Below, piece after piece: positions 51,820 to 62,321 of a stretch of DNA of 64,000 nt. A program made the position numbers and the translations under genes. The stretch comes from Candidatus Woesearchaeota archaeon. Lineage in GTDB: Archaea > Nanobdellota > Nanobdellia > Woesearchaeales > WAPJ01. Every line of letters starts with the position of its first letter. Position 1 is the stretch's first letter. The notes under the pieces were generated by a model, which was given only the letters and a program-made list of their open reading frames with translations, had not been told where the DNA came from and made no database searches. The DNA lies in contig JBLKOQ010000003.1 in NCBI GenBank assembly GCA_047602885.1, positions 464 to 64,463 on the forward strand, in the 5' to 3' direction.

Positions 51820-52573
51820 TCAAATCTTTGATGCTTAGGACTTCTGCGCCGTACTTTATTAGTTTGGAAGGCCAGCTCAGATTCTTGTTGTTTGCAAGGT
51901 CTTCTAGGATGAACAGTCTTCTACCAAGCCTTAATGCTTCCCAGCCCTGATGCATTGTTCCGCTCTTATCACTTGCCTCTACTATGACTGATACTCTAGA
52001 TATTAATGCCATAGTCCTGTTTCTTGCCGGAAAGTTTGATGGGAGTATTGGACTTCCTATTCTGAACTGGGATATTAGGAGATGGTTATTTTTTATTGTA
52101 TCTTGTAGCTTACTATTTTCTTTAGGATAGCAAGTGTCAAGAGGCGTTCCTATGACTGCTATCGTGTTTCCTTTGTTTCTTATTGCTGATTCGTGAGCTA
52201 TAGTGTCTATTCCTTTGGCTAGGCCGCTTACTATGATGACATTATTCTTAACCAGGAATTCTGCTATTATTCTGGCATTTTCCATTCCCTTGCTTGTAGG
52301 CTGCCTGGTGCCTATTATTGATATGCTCCTGCTTTTTGATGCCAATGCCTTATTTCCTATAATGTATAATTCCTTAGGGGCAAATTTTTGTTCAATATCA
52401 TTTAGATTGCCGATAAGATTGGATGTTTCTATAGTCTCAATATTGTCATCTGCGCTCATACGTAATACCCTATGCTCTGTATTATCATAAGCAATATTAT
52501 AAGCTTTGTTATACATGCTATTAAGGTCGTTATAAACCGTTAATATAGGTAACATGCACAAGTCCAGTGGCAT
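51740..52573 (-). CDS. DprA/Smf-like Rossmann-fold DNA-processing protein.
   Basis: IIGTRQPTSKGMENARIIAEFLVKNNVIIVSGLAKGIDTIAHESAIRNKGNTIAVIGTPLD matches the DprA core G.R..s.yG......la..La..g..vvSGlA.GIDaaAH. Confidence 0.7.
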   Translation of the reverse strand: MPLDLCMLPILTVYNDLNSMYNKAYNIAYDNTEHRVLRMSADDNIETIETSNLIGNLNDIEQKFAPKELYIIGNKALASKSRSISIIGTRQPTSKGMENARIIAEFLVKNNVIIVSGLAKGIDTIAHESAIRNKGNTIAVIGTPLDTCYPKENSKLQDTIKNNHLLISQFRIGSPILPSNFPARNRTMALISRVSVIVEASDKSGTMHQGWEALRLGRRLFILEDLANNKNLSWPSKLIKYGAEVLSIKDLSVLLDSLPEELSETQEDVWGNQLVTF

Positions 52574-52663
52574 AAAACCATCTTATAAAGGGGAGTATTG
52601 AGCGTATAGGGCATTAAGAGTCTTAAAACATACTTTTTTATAGATAAAACTGATTTTTATCTT

Positions 52664-53098
52664 ATGGAGCATCCTAATGAGGAAATCATGCGAAAAGCGA
52701 TAGAATATGGCTATACCAATAGAACAGTCGGCTGCATAATAACAAGAGATGATAAGATAATCGCTAAGGCTGGAGGGACGATATTTTCAGATGAGCATGA
52801 TGCCACAGGACACTCTGAAATAAATGCTATTAGGGCTGCATGCAAGAAACTGGGAACTCATGAACTGAAAGATTGCTGGCTGTACACTACTTATGAGCCT
52901 TGCCCTATGTGCATGTCTGCAATCTGCTGGGCAAAAATGGAAGGGGTTGTGTTTGCAGCAAACCATACTGATAGGAATGAGCGTTGGACTTGGGAAATAA
53001 TGATACCTTCTGAAAAGATAGTTGAGAAATCAGAGCACAAGCCAAGAATAATACCTAACTTCTTAAGAGAAGAATCATTGAAGATACTAAGATTATGA
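52664..53098 (+). CDS. Cytidine/deoxycytidylate deaminase-fold zinc deaminase (TadA/guanine-deaminase-like).
   Basis: H-x-E ...PCxxC zinc ligands (HSEINAIRAA, EPCPMCMSAI). Confidence 0.8.
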   Translation: MEHPNEEIMRKAIEYGYTNRTVGCIITRDDKIIAKAGGTIFSDEHDATGHSEINAIRAACKKLGTHELKDCWLYTTYEPCPMCMSAICWAKMEGVVFAANHTDRNERWTWEIMIPSEKIVEKSEHKPRIIPNFLREESLKILRL

Positions 53099-53118
53099 TT
53101 TGGGTTTAAAAGATATAT

Positions 53119-53700
53119 TTACAGCTTTCTCCATTCCGGCTTTACATGTACTGGAGTATTTAAAGGAATGAATTCTATTTGTTTTTTCTTAGTATCTAAA
53201 ATTGTTACTCCGTTAGGATAAGTTCCATTAGATACTGGAGGGCAGAATATGATGTTTATGTCATTGTTTAAGCCTATTTTCTTGAAACCTGTCTCTGTTA
53301 GGGTGTTATCCTTGTAGTGCATTATTCTGTGGTCATGGCCATGAATGCTTATTTGACAATTATGCTTTTTCATCATGCTTATATGGTTTTTGAAGTCTTT
53401 TTTGTTTTTAGGCTCTGATGTAAGTTGATCCTGCATTGTCAGGATATATGAAGTGGGATAAGAGGACGTTAATGCCATCATAGCTCTTTATGGCGTATTC
53501 TTTTAGTTTGGAGAGGTAGCTCTTTTCATTACTGTTTATTAAAGGGCTAAGTTCTGTTTCTTCATAAAGATAAACCCTGTTTTTTGAAAGCTTTCTTCTT
53601 ATTTCATAATCCAGGCCATACCAGTTCTTAGGATAGACGAAATTGGCCTTATTGTTAGGAAGCTTTCTTATCGCGTAAAGGTCGTGGTTGCCTATAAGTA
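53119..53700 (-). pseudogene. Degraded MJ0936/YfcE-family metallophosphoesterase, N-terminally truncated and frameshifted.
   Basis: Upstream frame 53700-53470 encodes KVLIGNHD (motif III) with an in-frame stop just 5' and no motifs I/II. A second frame (ORF 53119-53481) encodes HGHDH and IFCPPVSNG, which resemble the GHTH and NPGS motifs. The frame switches near 53440-53480. Confidence 0.45.
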
Positions 53701-53702
53701 CT

Positions 53703-54467
53703 TTATTTATCTTTCTTTAATAAATTGTGTTCAATGATTTTAATTTGACTCTTGTTTAGATGATACTGCTTTTTTCCTTTAATTAAATATATGAACTCTG
53801 CATTCTTCAAAAGCTTGCCTTTAATTTTGGTCCCATCAAGAAAAGTGACAGTTACGATTGGAAAATGTGACTTTGACGAACCAAGTACCATTGCGGCATA
53901 TGATAAGTTTACAAAAGTAAGTATCAACACAACAAAAAATCGGTAACTGTTTGTTGATTGAAAAAATGATACTGTTGCATAAATTAGAAAAGTACATATT
54001 AAAAAAACAAGAAATTGATTTTCTAAAGTTCTAAAAAGCTTTGAATAAAAATTATTGTTCATAGAGATATTTTTCTCAACATCCATTTGTTCCGTAACAT
54101 ATGATTTATTTGATTTTTTTAACTCAGTTAGTTTTTTTCTTAATGTTTTATTATATAATTGTTGTATATTAAAAATCTGAATTTCTTTATAATACTTATA
54201 TTTTGAGTAAAACCCGAATAAAACTATCTGAATTGCAATGACTAATAAAAAATTAATTTTATAATTAAGGGTACTAAAAAAATATAGAGCTAAAGACAAA
54301 GGTACAAGAATGTATGAGAGTACAAAGTAAAAGCCTGTAACCAACATACTGTAGTAATCAAAGCTCTGAACTTTCGTATCAGCAATAATTCTCCCAAAAT
54401 AATAAAAACATGCTGATATAATAATGAGAAATGCTGACAAATTACCTATTATACTTGCGATTTCCAT
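53703..54467 (-). CDS. Hypothetical polytopic membrane protein (254 aa) downstream of the Type I RM operon.
   Basis: ORF; N-terminal multi-TM region, central helical region and C-terminal soluble segment. Confidence 0.45.
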   Translation of the reverse strand: MEIASIIGNLSAFLIIISACFYYFGRIIADTKVQSFDYYSMLVTGFYFVLSYILVPLSLALYFFSTLNYKINFLLVIAIQIVLFGFYSKYKYYKEIQIFNIQQLYNKTLRKKLTELKKSNKSYVTEQMDVEKNISMNNNFYSKLFRTLENQFLVFLICTFLIYATVSFFQSTNSYRFFVVLILTFVNLSYAAMVLGSSKSHFPIVTVTFLDGTKIKGKLLKNAEFIYLIKGKKQYHLNKSQIKIIEHNLLKKDK

Positions 54468-54479
54468 CTTAATTATCTC

Positions 54480-54818
54480 TTAACTTAAGTTACTAGCACC
54501 CCAAATTATAACTAAACCTGTAATTATTGATGAAGCTATCTTCCCTGCAGTGTAATAACTTTCAAACAGTTTAAATTTGAATGTATAGCTTATAATTCCA
54601 ACTACACCTAATAATGTCACAATGTTTGTGTATAAAATAATAATAGGAGGTACAATCTCATAAATACCAAAGAATGTTACAAGTGCAATAGCATTAGCAA
54701 ACATTGTAACTCTTCCCGTATAATGTTTCTCAACTAAATAACCAATTAGAATCAAAGACAAAGGTGCTAACAAATGAAAAAACGAATAAGGTAATAAATC
54801 CAGAAGCCAAATATTCAT
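54480..54818 (-). CDS. Hypothetical small membrane protein (112 aa).
   Basis: ORF with 3-4 TM helices; overlaps the hsdS stop by 4 bp. Confidence 0.4.
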   Translation of the reverse strand: MNIWLLDLLPYSFFHLLAPLSLILIGYLVEKHYTGRVTMFANAIALVTFFGIYEIVPPIIILYTNIVTLLGVVGIISYTFKFKLFESYYTAGKIASSIITGLVIIWGASNLS

Positions 54819-56281
54819 GATTCCACCTCAAAAGCTTCCCTTAAAATAGTATTCATCAATGCTTCAGAATTCTTTTGATTTTCCTTAATTCGAGATTCAA
54901 GTTGAACGAAAACATCCATAAGTTGATCGATTTTTTGGACAATTCTCTTTTGTTCTTCCAAAGGGGGAAGAGGGACTATACAGTTCTTAATGGTTCCAGT
55001 GCCAAGTTCTGTTTGCTTAGTACTACCAGTTACTTTAAGATTATCTTGTACATACTTAGAAGATAGCCAAGATAGAACAAATTTATTATACACCAAATCA
55101 TTAACAACTCTAACTATAGTAACATGGGAGTCTACAACTACTCGCTTGTATAGATGTTTTTCATTGTATTCGCATATTCTCCCTATTGTTCCATCGCCAG
55201 TAGAATTCCATAATAAATCTCCACTGATTACGAAACGAATATCTTCATACTTATGTATCGATTGAGGATCAATATATCTTACTTTATTAATGTAAAATCC
55301 ATTCCACTGAACACATTTCTGAGAAATCACAGGATAATCGCTAATCTCTGTGTACTTAGGAGATCTTCCCCTTTGAATGTAACTACTAATATCTCCCAAT
55401 CTCACCCATTCCCATCCTTTCGGTAATTCATAAGGAAGTTCTTCTTTAGATATCAGAGGTAATGGTTTTTCTTTTCTTATCTTCTTTTCTTTTACTAACA
55501 GTTCTTTTTCTTTCTTTATTTTTTGTAGCAGAACTGATGCTGGTTCATCATTAGGATCTTGTGGAACAAGCTTTCCTTCAACTGCTTCAGAAAGGATTGC
55601 TTGACGAAGCTTTGAAACGAATTTTGTGTTCTTTTGTGTAATTGATGATATTAAACTAAGTTTCTCTGATAAAAAATGTACTTTAATAATTTCTCGCTCA
55701 ATTTCTTGATCAAAATACTTCATTGTTTTTAAAGATTCACTAAAAAAATCATCAAGGAAGTTGACTATTCTTAATTGTAACTCTTTATCTTTGCAAAAAA
55801 TAATCTGCTCCTTTAGTAGATATTTGTAATGTCTGCTATACCCTCTTTCTTCAACAGTCAAACCTTTCAATTGATAATAAAAGAATCTTGCATTAAAGAT
55901 ATTTTTAGGCTTTAGTATTTTTACTCCATCAGCCCCTTGAGCGAAATCAAAATCTACATATTTAATTGATTTTGTATGGTCTCCGAAAATTATAAAGGGA
56001 CCATGTATTATTTTTGCATCCTCGTTATTTGTGTAGCCAGCAATAAAACTCTTTCCTTGATCAATTATAGGAATTTTTCCTTTAATGAGATAATCTTTTT
56101 TTTGTATTTTAGAAGGTATTCTGAAGTTTAATCTATCTAACGAATTATTGACAGATATTTTAACTCCAAAATTATTATCCAAGAGGTACTCATTTATTAA
56201 CGCAATATAAGTTTTAATATTACTCATAAATAATAAGTTTTTCATCTTAAAGTTCCTTCTTGATTTGTTCAAGTAGCTCAA
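54815..56281 (-). CDS. hsdS: Type I restriction-modification specificity subunit HsdS.
   Basis: Two target-recognition domains separated by conserved coiled-coil repeats. Overlaps the hsdM 3' end; the true start may be the Met at ~56245. Confidence 0.8.
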   Translation of the reverse strand: MSYLNKSRRNFKMKNLLFMSNIKTYIALINEYLLDNNFGVKISVNNSLDRLNFRIPSKIQKKDYLIKGKIPIIDQGKSFIAGYTNNEDAKIIHGPFIIFGDHTKSIKYVDFDFAQGADGVKILKPKNIFNARFFYYQLKGLTVEERGYSRHYKYLLKEQIIFCKDKELQLRIVNFLDDFFSESLKTMKYFDQEIEREIIKVHFLSEKLSLISSITQKNTKFVSKLRQAILSEAVEGKLVPQDPNDEPASVLLQKIKKEKELLVKEKKIRKEKPLPLISKEELPYELPKGWEWVRLGDISSYIQRGRSPKYTEISDYPVISQKCVQWNGFYINKVRYIDPQSIHKYEDIRFVISGDLLWNSTGDGTIGRICEYNEKHLYKRVVVDSHVTIVRVVNDLVYNKFVLSWLSSKYVQDNLKVTGSTKQTELGTGTIKNCIVPLPPLEEQKRIVQKIDQLMDVFVQLESRIKENQKNSEALMNTILREAFEVES

Positions 56282-57674
56282 TGTTTTCTTTCATTGATTT
56301 TTCTAAAATATCAATGATTTCCTTACTTGACATATGCTCAGTTTCATCTATGTTATTTGGATTGTTAATGTCCAGGTTATAGTTTCTCTTCTTTATTTCA
56401 TCTATACTGACTTTCCAACAGTATTGCTTAAATTCGTCATTCTCTCTGTCCTTCCACCATCTTTTCTCTAAATCAAACTCTTCAATTCGCATTGGTCTAG
56501 TTTTATTGTATGTTTTGTATCCATCAGGAAGAGGATGTTCAAAATACCATATTTCCTTAGTTGGTTTTCCTTTTTCAAAGAATAATAAGTTTGTTCTTAT
56601 TGAAGTATAAGGATTAAACACACCATTAGGCAGCCTGACTATAGTATGTAAATTGAATTCATCCAGCAATTTTTCTTTAATCCTAGTCTTAACACCTTCT
56701 CCAAATAGAAACCCATCAGGAAGTACTATTCCACACCTACCTTCATCACGTAACAATTCCATTATCAACACCAAGAATAGATCTGCAGTTTCTCTTGTTC
56801 TAAATGATGCTGGAAAGTTATTCTCTATACCTACTTCTTCAGCACCTCCAAAAGGAGGATTTGTTACAACTATATCTACCATATCTGAAGGTCCAATATC
56901 TCTTATAGGTCTACTGAGAGAATTATCATGTCTGATATCAGGTAATTCAATATCATGCAATATCAGATTTGTAGTTGCTAATAGATGAGGTAACGGTTTC
57001 TTTTCTATACCTCTAAGACATTTCTCCAACTTTTCTCTTTCATCTACAGTATTAACTGATTTTTTTAAGTTCTCCAAGCTTGAAATAAGAAATCCTCCTG
57101 TACCACATGCAGGATCTAGTATTAGTTCACCTAATTTTGGATCAATAATATCAACTATGAACTGAGTTACAGCCCTTGGAGTATAATATTCTCCCGCATT
57201 ACCTGCACTTTGTAAATCTCTTAATATCTGCTCATATATATCATTAAATGTGTGCCTATCAGCAGTCGTATGAAAATCGACTTCATTTAACTTGTTAATT
57301 ACCTGTCTAATTAACGCTCCGTGTTTCATATAATTATAAGCATCTCTAAATAATTCTCGTACAAGAATCGCTTTCTTATCATCTTCATTAGCTTCTAGAT
57401 TTTTTAACTTAGGAAATAAAACATTATTAATGAATTCAAGCAAATCTTCACCAGTTATTCCTTCATCATCCGTAGCCCAACTTCTCCATCTGAGGTTCTC
57501 AGGTATAGGTGATTTATAATTATCATCTTCTAGCTCCCATTCTTCTTCTTTCGCATCAAAGACTTTTAGAAATATCATCCAAACTAATTGAGAAATTCTT
57601 TGTGCATCTCCATCTACTCCAGAATCCTTTCTCATTATATCCTGTATTGATTTTATTATTGTTGACAAACTCAT
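56247..57674 (-). CDS. hsdM: Type I restriction-modification N6-adenine methyltransferase subunit HsdM.
   Basis: HsdM N-terminal domain (ISQLVWMIFLKVFD), motif I LDPACGTGGFL and motif IV NPPFG. Confidence 0.9.
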   Translation of the reverse strand: MSLSTIIKSIQDIMRKDSGVDGDAQRISQLVWMIFLKVFDAKEEEWELEDDNYKSPIPENLRWRSWATDDEGITGEDLLEFINNVLFPKLKNLEANEDDKKAILVRELFRDAYNYMKHGALIRQVINKLNEVDFHTTADRHTFNDIYEQILRDLQSAGNAGEYYTPRAVTQFIVDIIDPKLGELILDPACGTGGFLISSLENLKKSVNTVDEREKLEKCLRGIEKKPLPHLLATTNLILHDIELPDIRHDNSLSRPIRDIGPSDMVDIVVTNPPFGGAEEVGIENNFPASFRTRETADLFLVLIMELLRDEGRCGIVLPDGFLFGEGVKTRIKEKLLDEFNLHTIVRLPNGVFNPYTSIRTNLLFFEKGKPTKEIWYFEHPLPDGYKTYNKTRPMRIEEFDLEKRWWKDRENDEFKQYCWKVSIDEIKKRNYNLDINNPNNIDETEHMSSKEIIDILEKSMKENIELLEQIKKEL

Positions 57675-57676
57675 TC

Positions 57677-60022
57677 TTAAGCCTCCGCATATAATTGTTC
57701 TTCCAATTCTCTTATTGCTTCAATATAACCTTTCTTTCCTCCAAAGTATTTTACAATCTCAAAAGGAGTGCCTAAATCTCTTAGAGGGTTTACTTTTAGT
57801 ACATTTAAGCTTTCAAGGTCTAGGATGCCTTCATCAGCGTATTTGTCCAAAAGAGCATCAAGTACTACTCTAGCTTTTTCTCCATACTTAGAGAAGTAAT
57901 TCTTTTTCTTTACATTCTTTGCCCTCTCCTGTCTAGTGAGAGGTTTCTTATCAAAAGCAACATGGCATATTAGGTCAAAAGGATCATAATCTCTTCCAAC
58001 TTCTCTTTGAAGTTCATCTAATAGTATGCCTTGCTCTTCTAATTTCTCTATAATAATAGACTTTTTAGTTGAATCATTCCAATCCTTCAAAAATTTACTA
58101 AGAGTCTTATACTCTTGATAAAGAGTTTTCTTTGTAAAATCTTGAAGACTTTCTGTTATCAGTCTCCCTTCACTATCATAAAACAATACCCTCTGATTAA
58201 TTACTTTAACAGGAACTCCTTTGACATAGTATTTTCTAGGTCTTTCTTTAGTATCTTTAATAAAGACTTGTTCTTGTTTAGTTAAACCATACTTGTCCTC
58301 CTTATCTTTTATAGCCTCAGGAATATCTATTTTCTTATTAGGGGGAACTTCATATATTTGAACTGGTTCTCCGTCAAAGTCTGGATCGGCGAACAAATCT
58401 GTAACTTGTCTAAAATCCATTATAGTGAAATAGTACTTCCCATAATCTTCTCTAATTCTTGTACCTCTTCCGATTATTTGTTTAAACTCAGTCATTGATT
58501 GAATGTTAGAATCTAATACTATTAGTTTGCATGTTTGTGCATCTACCCCTGTATTCATCAATTTAGAAGTTGTTACTATAACAGGATATTTAGTCTTAGG
58601 ACTAATAAAATTATCTAATTCTTTTTTACCTAAATCATCATCACCAGTAATTTTCATAACATATTTGGAATTTTTCTTAATTAAATCATAATTCTCGTTC
58701 CTTAATTCTAATCTCATTCTCTCAGCATGATCAATGTCTACACAAAAAACTATAGTTTTAGCGTATCTATCCCCTGAATTTTTAAGGTATTCTGTAATTT
58801 TTTTCGCCACGGTTTCTGTTCTTTCATCAATTGCAAGATTTCGATCAAAGTCTTTAGAATTATAAACACGATCTTCTACAGCGTACCCATATTTATCTTT
58901 TTGTCCTCTACTTGGACGCCATCCTTCAACATCTCTATCTAATGAAATCTTCACAACTTTATAGGGTGCTAAAAATCCATCCTCAATACCTTGTTTTAAA
59001 GAATAAGTATATATTGGTTCACCAAAATAATCTATATTTGAAATATGCTTTGTTTCTTTTGGTGTTGCAGTTAGACCTATTTGTGTTGCTGACTCAAAGT
59101 ACTCTAATATTTCTCTCCAAGCAGAATCTTCTTTAGCGCTTCCTCTATGACACTCATCAACAACTATTAAATCAAAGAAATCTTTTGAGAACTGTTTATA
59201 TATGTTCTTCCAATCATCATTTCCAGACAATCCTTGATATAAAGCCATATAAACTTCATAAGATTTGTCAACTTTTCTATTTGTGATTTTCTTCATTGCG
59301 CCACTGAATATTTTAAAATCATTATTCATAGTTTGATCAACAAGAATGTTTCGATCTGCGAGAAATAAAATTCTTTTTTTGCTTTTTGATTTCCATAACT
59401 TATATATGATTTGAGATGCAACATATGTTTTTCCTGTTCCTGTGGCCATGACTAACAAAACTCTTTCCTGACCTTTAGCTATGTTTTCTACGGCTCTATT
59501 AATTGCAACTTCTTGATAATAACGGGGAGACTTTCCGGTTTGGGAAGTATGATAATTATGCGTTATGATACTTTCATGTTCTTCTTCTATTCCCTTCCAT
59601 ATCTTGTATCTATTCCACAACTCTTCTGGAGAAGGAAATTCATCAAGTAAAAGCTCCCTTTCAATGTATTTTCCTTTACCTGTTCTATCGTGTTCTATAA
59701 AACCATCACCGTTAGAACTGTAAACAAAAGGTATGTCCAAAATCTCTCCATAACTAATCGCTTGCTGTAAACCTGAACCTATTGTATGTTTATTGTCCTT
59801 AGCTTCAATTACTGCAATAGGCATATTTGGTTTATAATACAGGATATAATCTGCTCTTTTTCTTTCACCACGAATAATTCTTTTTCCTCTAACTATTATT
59901 TTACCATCAGTAAATGTTCTCTCTTCTCTAATCTGCTTATCTTTATCCCAGCCGGACTTTAAAATAGCAGGAGTTATGTATTTCGTACATATATCCCGTT
60001 CGGATAGATCTTTCAGATTCAT
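57677..60022 (-). CDS. hsdR: Type I restriction enzyme R subunit HsdR.
   Basis: HSDR_N region ([18 protein letters not shown]...ADYILYY...IEAKD), SF2 helicase motifs ([13 protein letters not shown]) and helicase C-domain motifs. 781 aa, at the short end for HsdR. Confidence 0.85.
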   Translation of the reverse strand: MNLKDLSERDICTKYITPAILKSGWDKDKQIREERTFTDGKIIVRGKRIIRGERKRADYILYYKPNMPIAVIEAKDNKHTIGSGLQQAISYGEILDIPFVYSSNGDGFIEHDRTGKGKYIERELLLDEFPSPEELWNRYKIWKGIEEEHESIITHNYHTSQTGKSPRYYQEVAINRAVENIAKGQERVLLVMATGTGKTYVASQIIYKLWKSKSKKRILFLADRNILVDQTMNNDFKIFSGAMKKITNRKVDKSYEVYMALYQGLSGNDDWKNIYKQFSKDFFDLIVVDECHRGSAKEDSAWREILEYFESATQIGLTATPKETKHISNIDYFGEPIYTYSLKQGIEDGFLAPYKVVKISLDRDVEGWRPSRGQKDKYGYAVEDRVYNSKDFDRNLAIDERTETVAKKITEYLKNSGDRYAKTIVFCVDIDHAERMRLELRNENYDLIKKNSKYVMKITGDDDLGKKELDNFISPKTKYPVIVTTSKLMNTGVDAQTCKLIVLDSNIQSMTEFKQIIGRGTRIREDYGKYYFTIMDFRQVTDLFADPDFDGEPVQIYEVPPNKKIDIPEAIKDKEDKYGLTKQEQVFIKDTKERPRKYYVKGVPVKVINQRVLFYDSEGRLITESLQDFTKKTLYQEYKTLSKFLKDWNDSTKKSIIIEKLEEQGILLDELQREVGRDYDPFDLICHVAFDKKPLTRQERAKNVKKKNYFSKYGEKARVVLDALLDKYADEGILDLESLNVLKVNPLRDLGTPFEIVKYFGGKKGYIEAIRELEEQLYAEA

Positions 60023-60124
60023 AAGTTAGCACCCTAAATCTGTTAAGAAATTACTCAAATACTTAAAAATTCTCTTATTAATAGGTTCGAATCACCAGAT
60101 CTATTTATAAAACCCACTTACATA

Positions 60125-60650
60125 ATGGCTCAGTTGAAAATCTCCGAAAAGTGTGCTATGCGCCACCCCGAAGGGGCCGACCCCCGGCGCATCAGCGTCA
60201 CGCAAGAACATTCGTTCCTGCTCAAGCTGACGGCTACCGCACACTTTTTCTACAGAGCCGTTAACCTGGGCTCTGTAGAAAATCTCCATAGGCGTAAGCC
60301 TATGTTATAGGCTATGAGCCTGCTGAATAGTTCTGCGGTTTGTGTCTTGATGTGTTTGCCGCTAAGACTGGTTCCGAATAGTCTTTTTAGTGCTGAGTAT
60401 AATGATTCTATGATGTTTCTTTGCCAGTACAAGGTGTAGTCTATGCAGTCTCTCATTAGTTTTCTGTGTCGTCCTCGACGACAACCTTTGCGTGCTGGTG
60501 CTATGCTGAACGTGCCGTTTTCTTCTAGCCATTGATGCAGCCATTCTGCATCATAAGCCTTGTCAAGCAGCAGTACTTCTGGTTTTAGACTTGTTCTTTT
60601 GTGAAGTTGTGGTATGCTTCTGGCTTCATTTCTTGGTTTTGCATATGATT
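60125..60650. mobile_element. Remnant of an IS4/IS5-family insertion sequence (3' portion only); GC-rich relative to the flanks.
   Basis: Carries the transposase C-terminal fragment and GC-rich terminal palindromes (for example TTTCTACAGAGCC-GTTAACCT-GGGCTCTGTAGAAA at 60245-60281). GC is about 50% against about 33% around it. Confidence 0.6.
60250..60641 (-). pseudogene. IS4/IS5-family DDE transposase, C-terminal ~130-aa fragment; the N-terminal two-thirds is missing.
   Basis: Minus-strand frame reads ...AKPRNEARSIPQLHKRTSLKPEVLLLDKAYDAEWLHQ...YWQRNIIESLYSALKRLFG. DKAYD is the third catalytic-region motif and YWQRNIIESLYSALK is an exact Y-x2-R-x3-E-x6-K signature. No in-frame start. Confidence 0.7.
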
Positions 60651-60813
60651 TCTATCATTCATAAGCATAGGACAAGCAACTTTATTTATATATGTTTTGT
60701 TTTTTACCACTTTATAGTAATATCATTTTATTGTGACTTAGCAAAAACATAAGAAATCATAACAATTAAAGCAATACAAAACCTATTTATAAGATAATAA
60801 AAAACAGCCAGCT

Positions 60814-62271
60814 ATGAGCATCTTAGATAGGCTTTTTAAACTGGTTCGAAAAGAGAAACTTCCGAAAGAAATTGATGAAGATAATTCTTTAGCATCAGAT
60901 GATAAGGAAAACGATACTGATTCGATAGAAGATTATGAATATCCTGAGGTTCTAGAAGAATTAGACAATGGACAAAAATCAGCAGTAACAACTAATCATA
61001 AAAGAACACTGGTACTTGCAGGAGCAGGAGCAGGAAAAACTAGAGTATTAATACACAGGATACTCCATCTCATAATGAACTGCAAAGTCAATTCTGGAAA
61101 TATACTTGCGGTTACTTTTACAAGAGATGCCACTTATGAAATGAAAGATAGGCTAATATCTCATTTCGAGCCAGAATATTTCGATAAAATTAAAGAGATT
61201 AAAGATAATTATGAAACTTATAAGTTTAAAACAACAATGCAATATAAGCATCCTGAAATAAGAAACTTGGATGTTAAAACAATTCATTCGCTGTGTTATC
61301 AAATATTGAGACTAGATGGCGCAAAAGTATTCAATACGAATTTTCAAGTAATAGGCGACGAAGACAAGAAAACCGATGACACTCAAAAAGGAATATCACA
61401 ACAGAAAATAATAAAAAATATAATTTTTGAGATAGGTAATGAAAATCCAGACTATTTAGAAAAAGTTAAGAAATTCATATATGATTATCTGGTAGATTAT
61501 GAGAAAATTACTCTAGCAAAATTAAGCATTTCGCCAGGTAAATATATGACTTTAGATGGAAAAGAAGTGAGGTCCAAATCTGAACGAGATATAGCCAATT
61601 TCCTAATTCAACACAACATCAAATACGATTATGAACGAGAAGCTACATGGGTAACAAAATCAGATCAAAACAAAAGATATCATCCTGATTTCTATTTACC
61701 TGAATATGACATATACATTGAACATTGGGCAGTAACCTCTTCTGAAGATGCAACAGACAAGAACTTTGAACAAACATTTGATAAGGAAAAATATCTTGCA
61801 GAAAGAAAATGGAAAATTAGCCAGTTTAAAAAACATAATAAAAAGCTAATAGAATCATCTGAAAAACAAATGCGCGGCAATCTAAACGATTATCATCAAT
61901 GGTTATACGGAGAAATCTTCAGACTTACTAATGGAGCCATTAAATTCAATCAAACTTCAAATTTCATTTTAGAGGACAAACGCATGACAGAAGGATTGAT
62001 TTTACTAATCAGAAGTTTCATGAAAATAATTAATCTAGCAAAATCTAATAGAGTATCTGAAGAAACAATAAAGACCAATCTGAAAAAAGAGAAACATGAA
62101 GAGATACTAGAATTCTATGATATATTCTTAACTACATTTGGTGCTTATGAGGAATTCCTTATAAGGAAAAGCCTAATTGACTATAACGACATGATACATA
62201 AAGTTATCGATTTGTTCAATGTAGATAAAAAAATATTATTAAAATACCAAAAAAATATAAGCATATACTAG
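60814..62271 (+). CDS. UvrD/PcrA-family SF1 helicase, N-terminal fragment. It has a Walker A, motif Ia and an embedded PD-(D/E)XK (DUF559/Vsr-like) nuclease-type insert, and ends at a frameshift.
   Basis: GAGAGKTRVLIHR (motif I), ILAVTFTRDATYEM (Ia). The insert reads SKSERDIANFLIQHNIKYDYE...YHPDFYLPEYDIYIEHW, resembling the E...DF...IE.DG.H core of DUF559-type endonucleases. Confidence 0.65.
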   Translation: MSILDRLFKLVRKEKLPKEIDEDNSLASDDKENDTDSIEDYEYPEVLEELDNGQKSAVTTNHKRTLVLAGAGAGKTRVLIHRILHLIMNCKVNSGNILAVTFTRDATYEMKDRLISHFEPEYFDKIKEIKDNYETYKFKTTMQYKHPEIRNLDVKTIHSLCYQILRLDGAKVFNTNFQVIGDEDKKTDDTQKGISQQKIIKNIIFEIGNENPDYLEKVKKFIYDYLVDYEKITLAKLSISPGKYMTLDGKEVRSKSERDIANFLIQHNIKYDYEREATWVTKSDQNKRYHPDFYLPEYDIYIEHWAVTSSEDATDKNFEQTFDKEKYLAERKWKISQFKKHNKKLIESSEKQMRGNLNDYHQWLYGEIFRLTNGAIKFNQTSNFILEDKRMTEGLILLIRSFMKIINLAKSNRVSEETIKTNLKKEKHEEILEFYDIFLTTFGAYEEFLIRKSLIDYNDMIHKVIDLFNVDKKILLKYQKNISIY

Positions 62272-62321
62272 TTGATGAATACCAAGATGTTTCATCAGCA
62301 CAAGTAGAGCTTATAAGTCTG

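Noticed and set aside
60075-60100. The tRNA T-loop-like string AGGTTCGAATCACC upstream of hsdR.
   Set aside because: The flanking bases cannot form a T-stem, and there is no acceptor or anticodon arm. Chance match, or at most a relic.
60101-60544. Short ORFs 60101-60289 (minus), 60125-60310 (plus), 60362-60544 (minus) and 60250-60456 called as separate genes.
   Set aside because: All lie within the IS remnant. Only the frame continuous with the DKAYD...YxxRxxxE motif is meaningful, and it is a truncated pseudogene. The others are GC-rich-region shadows.
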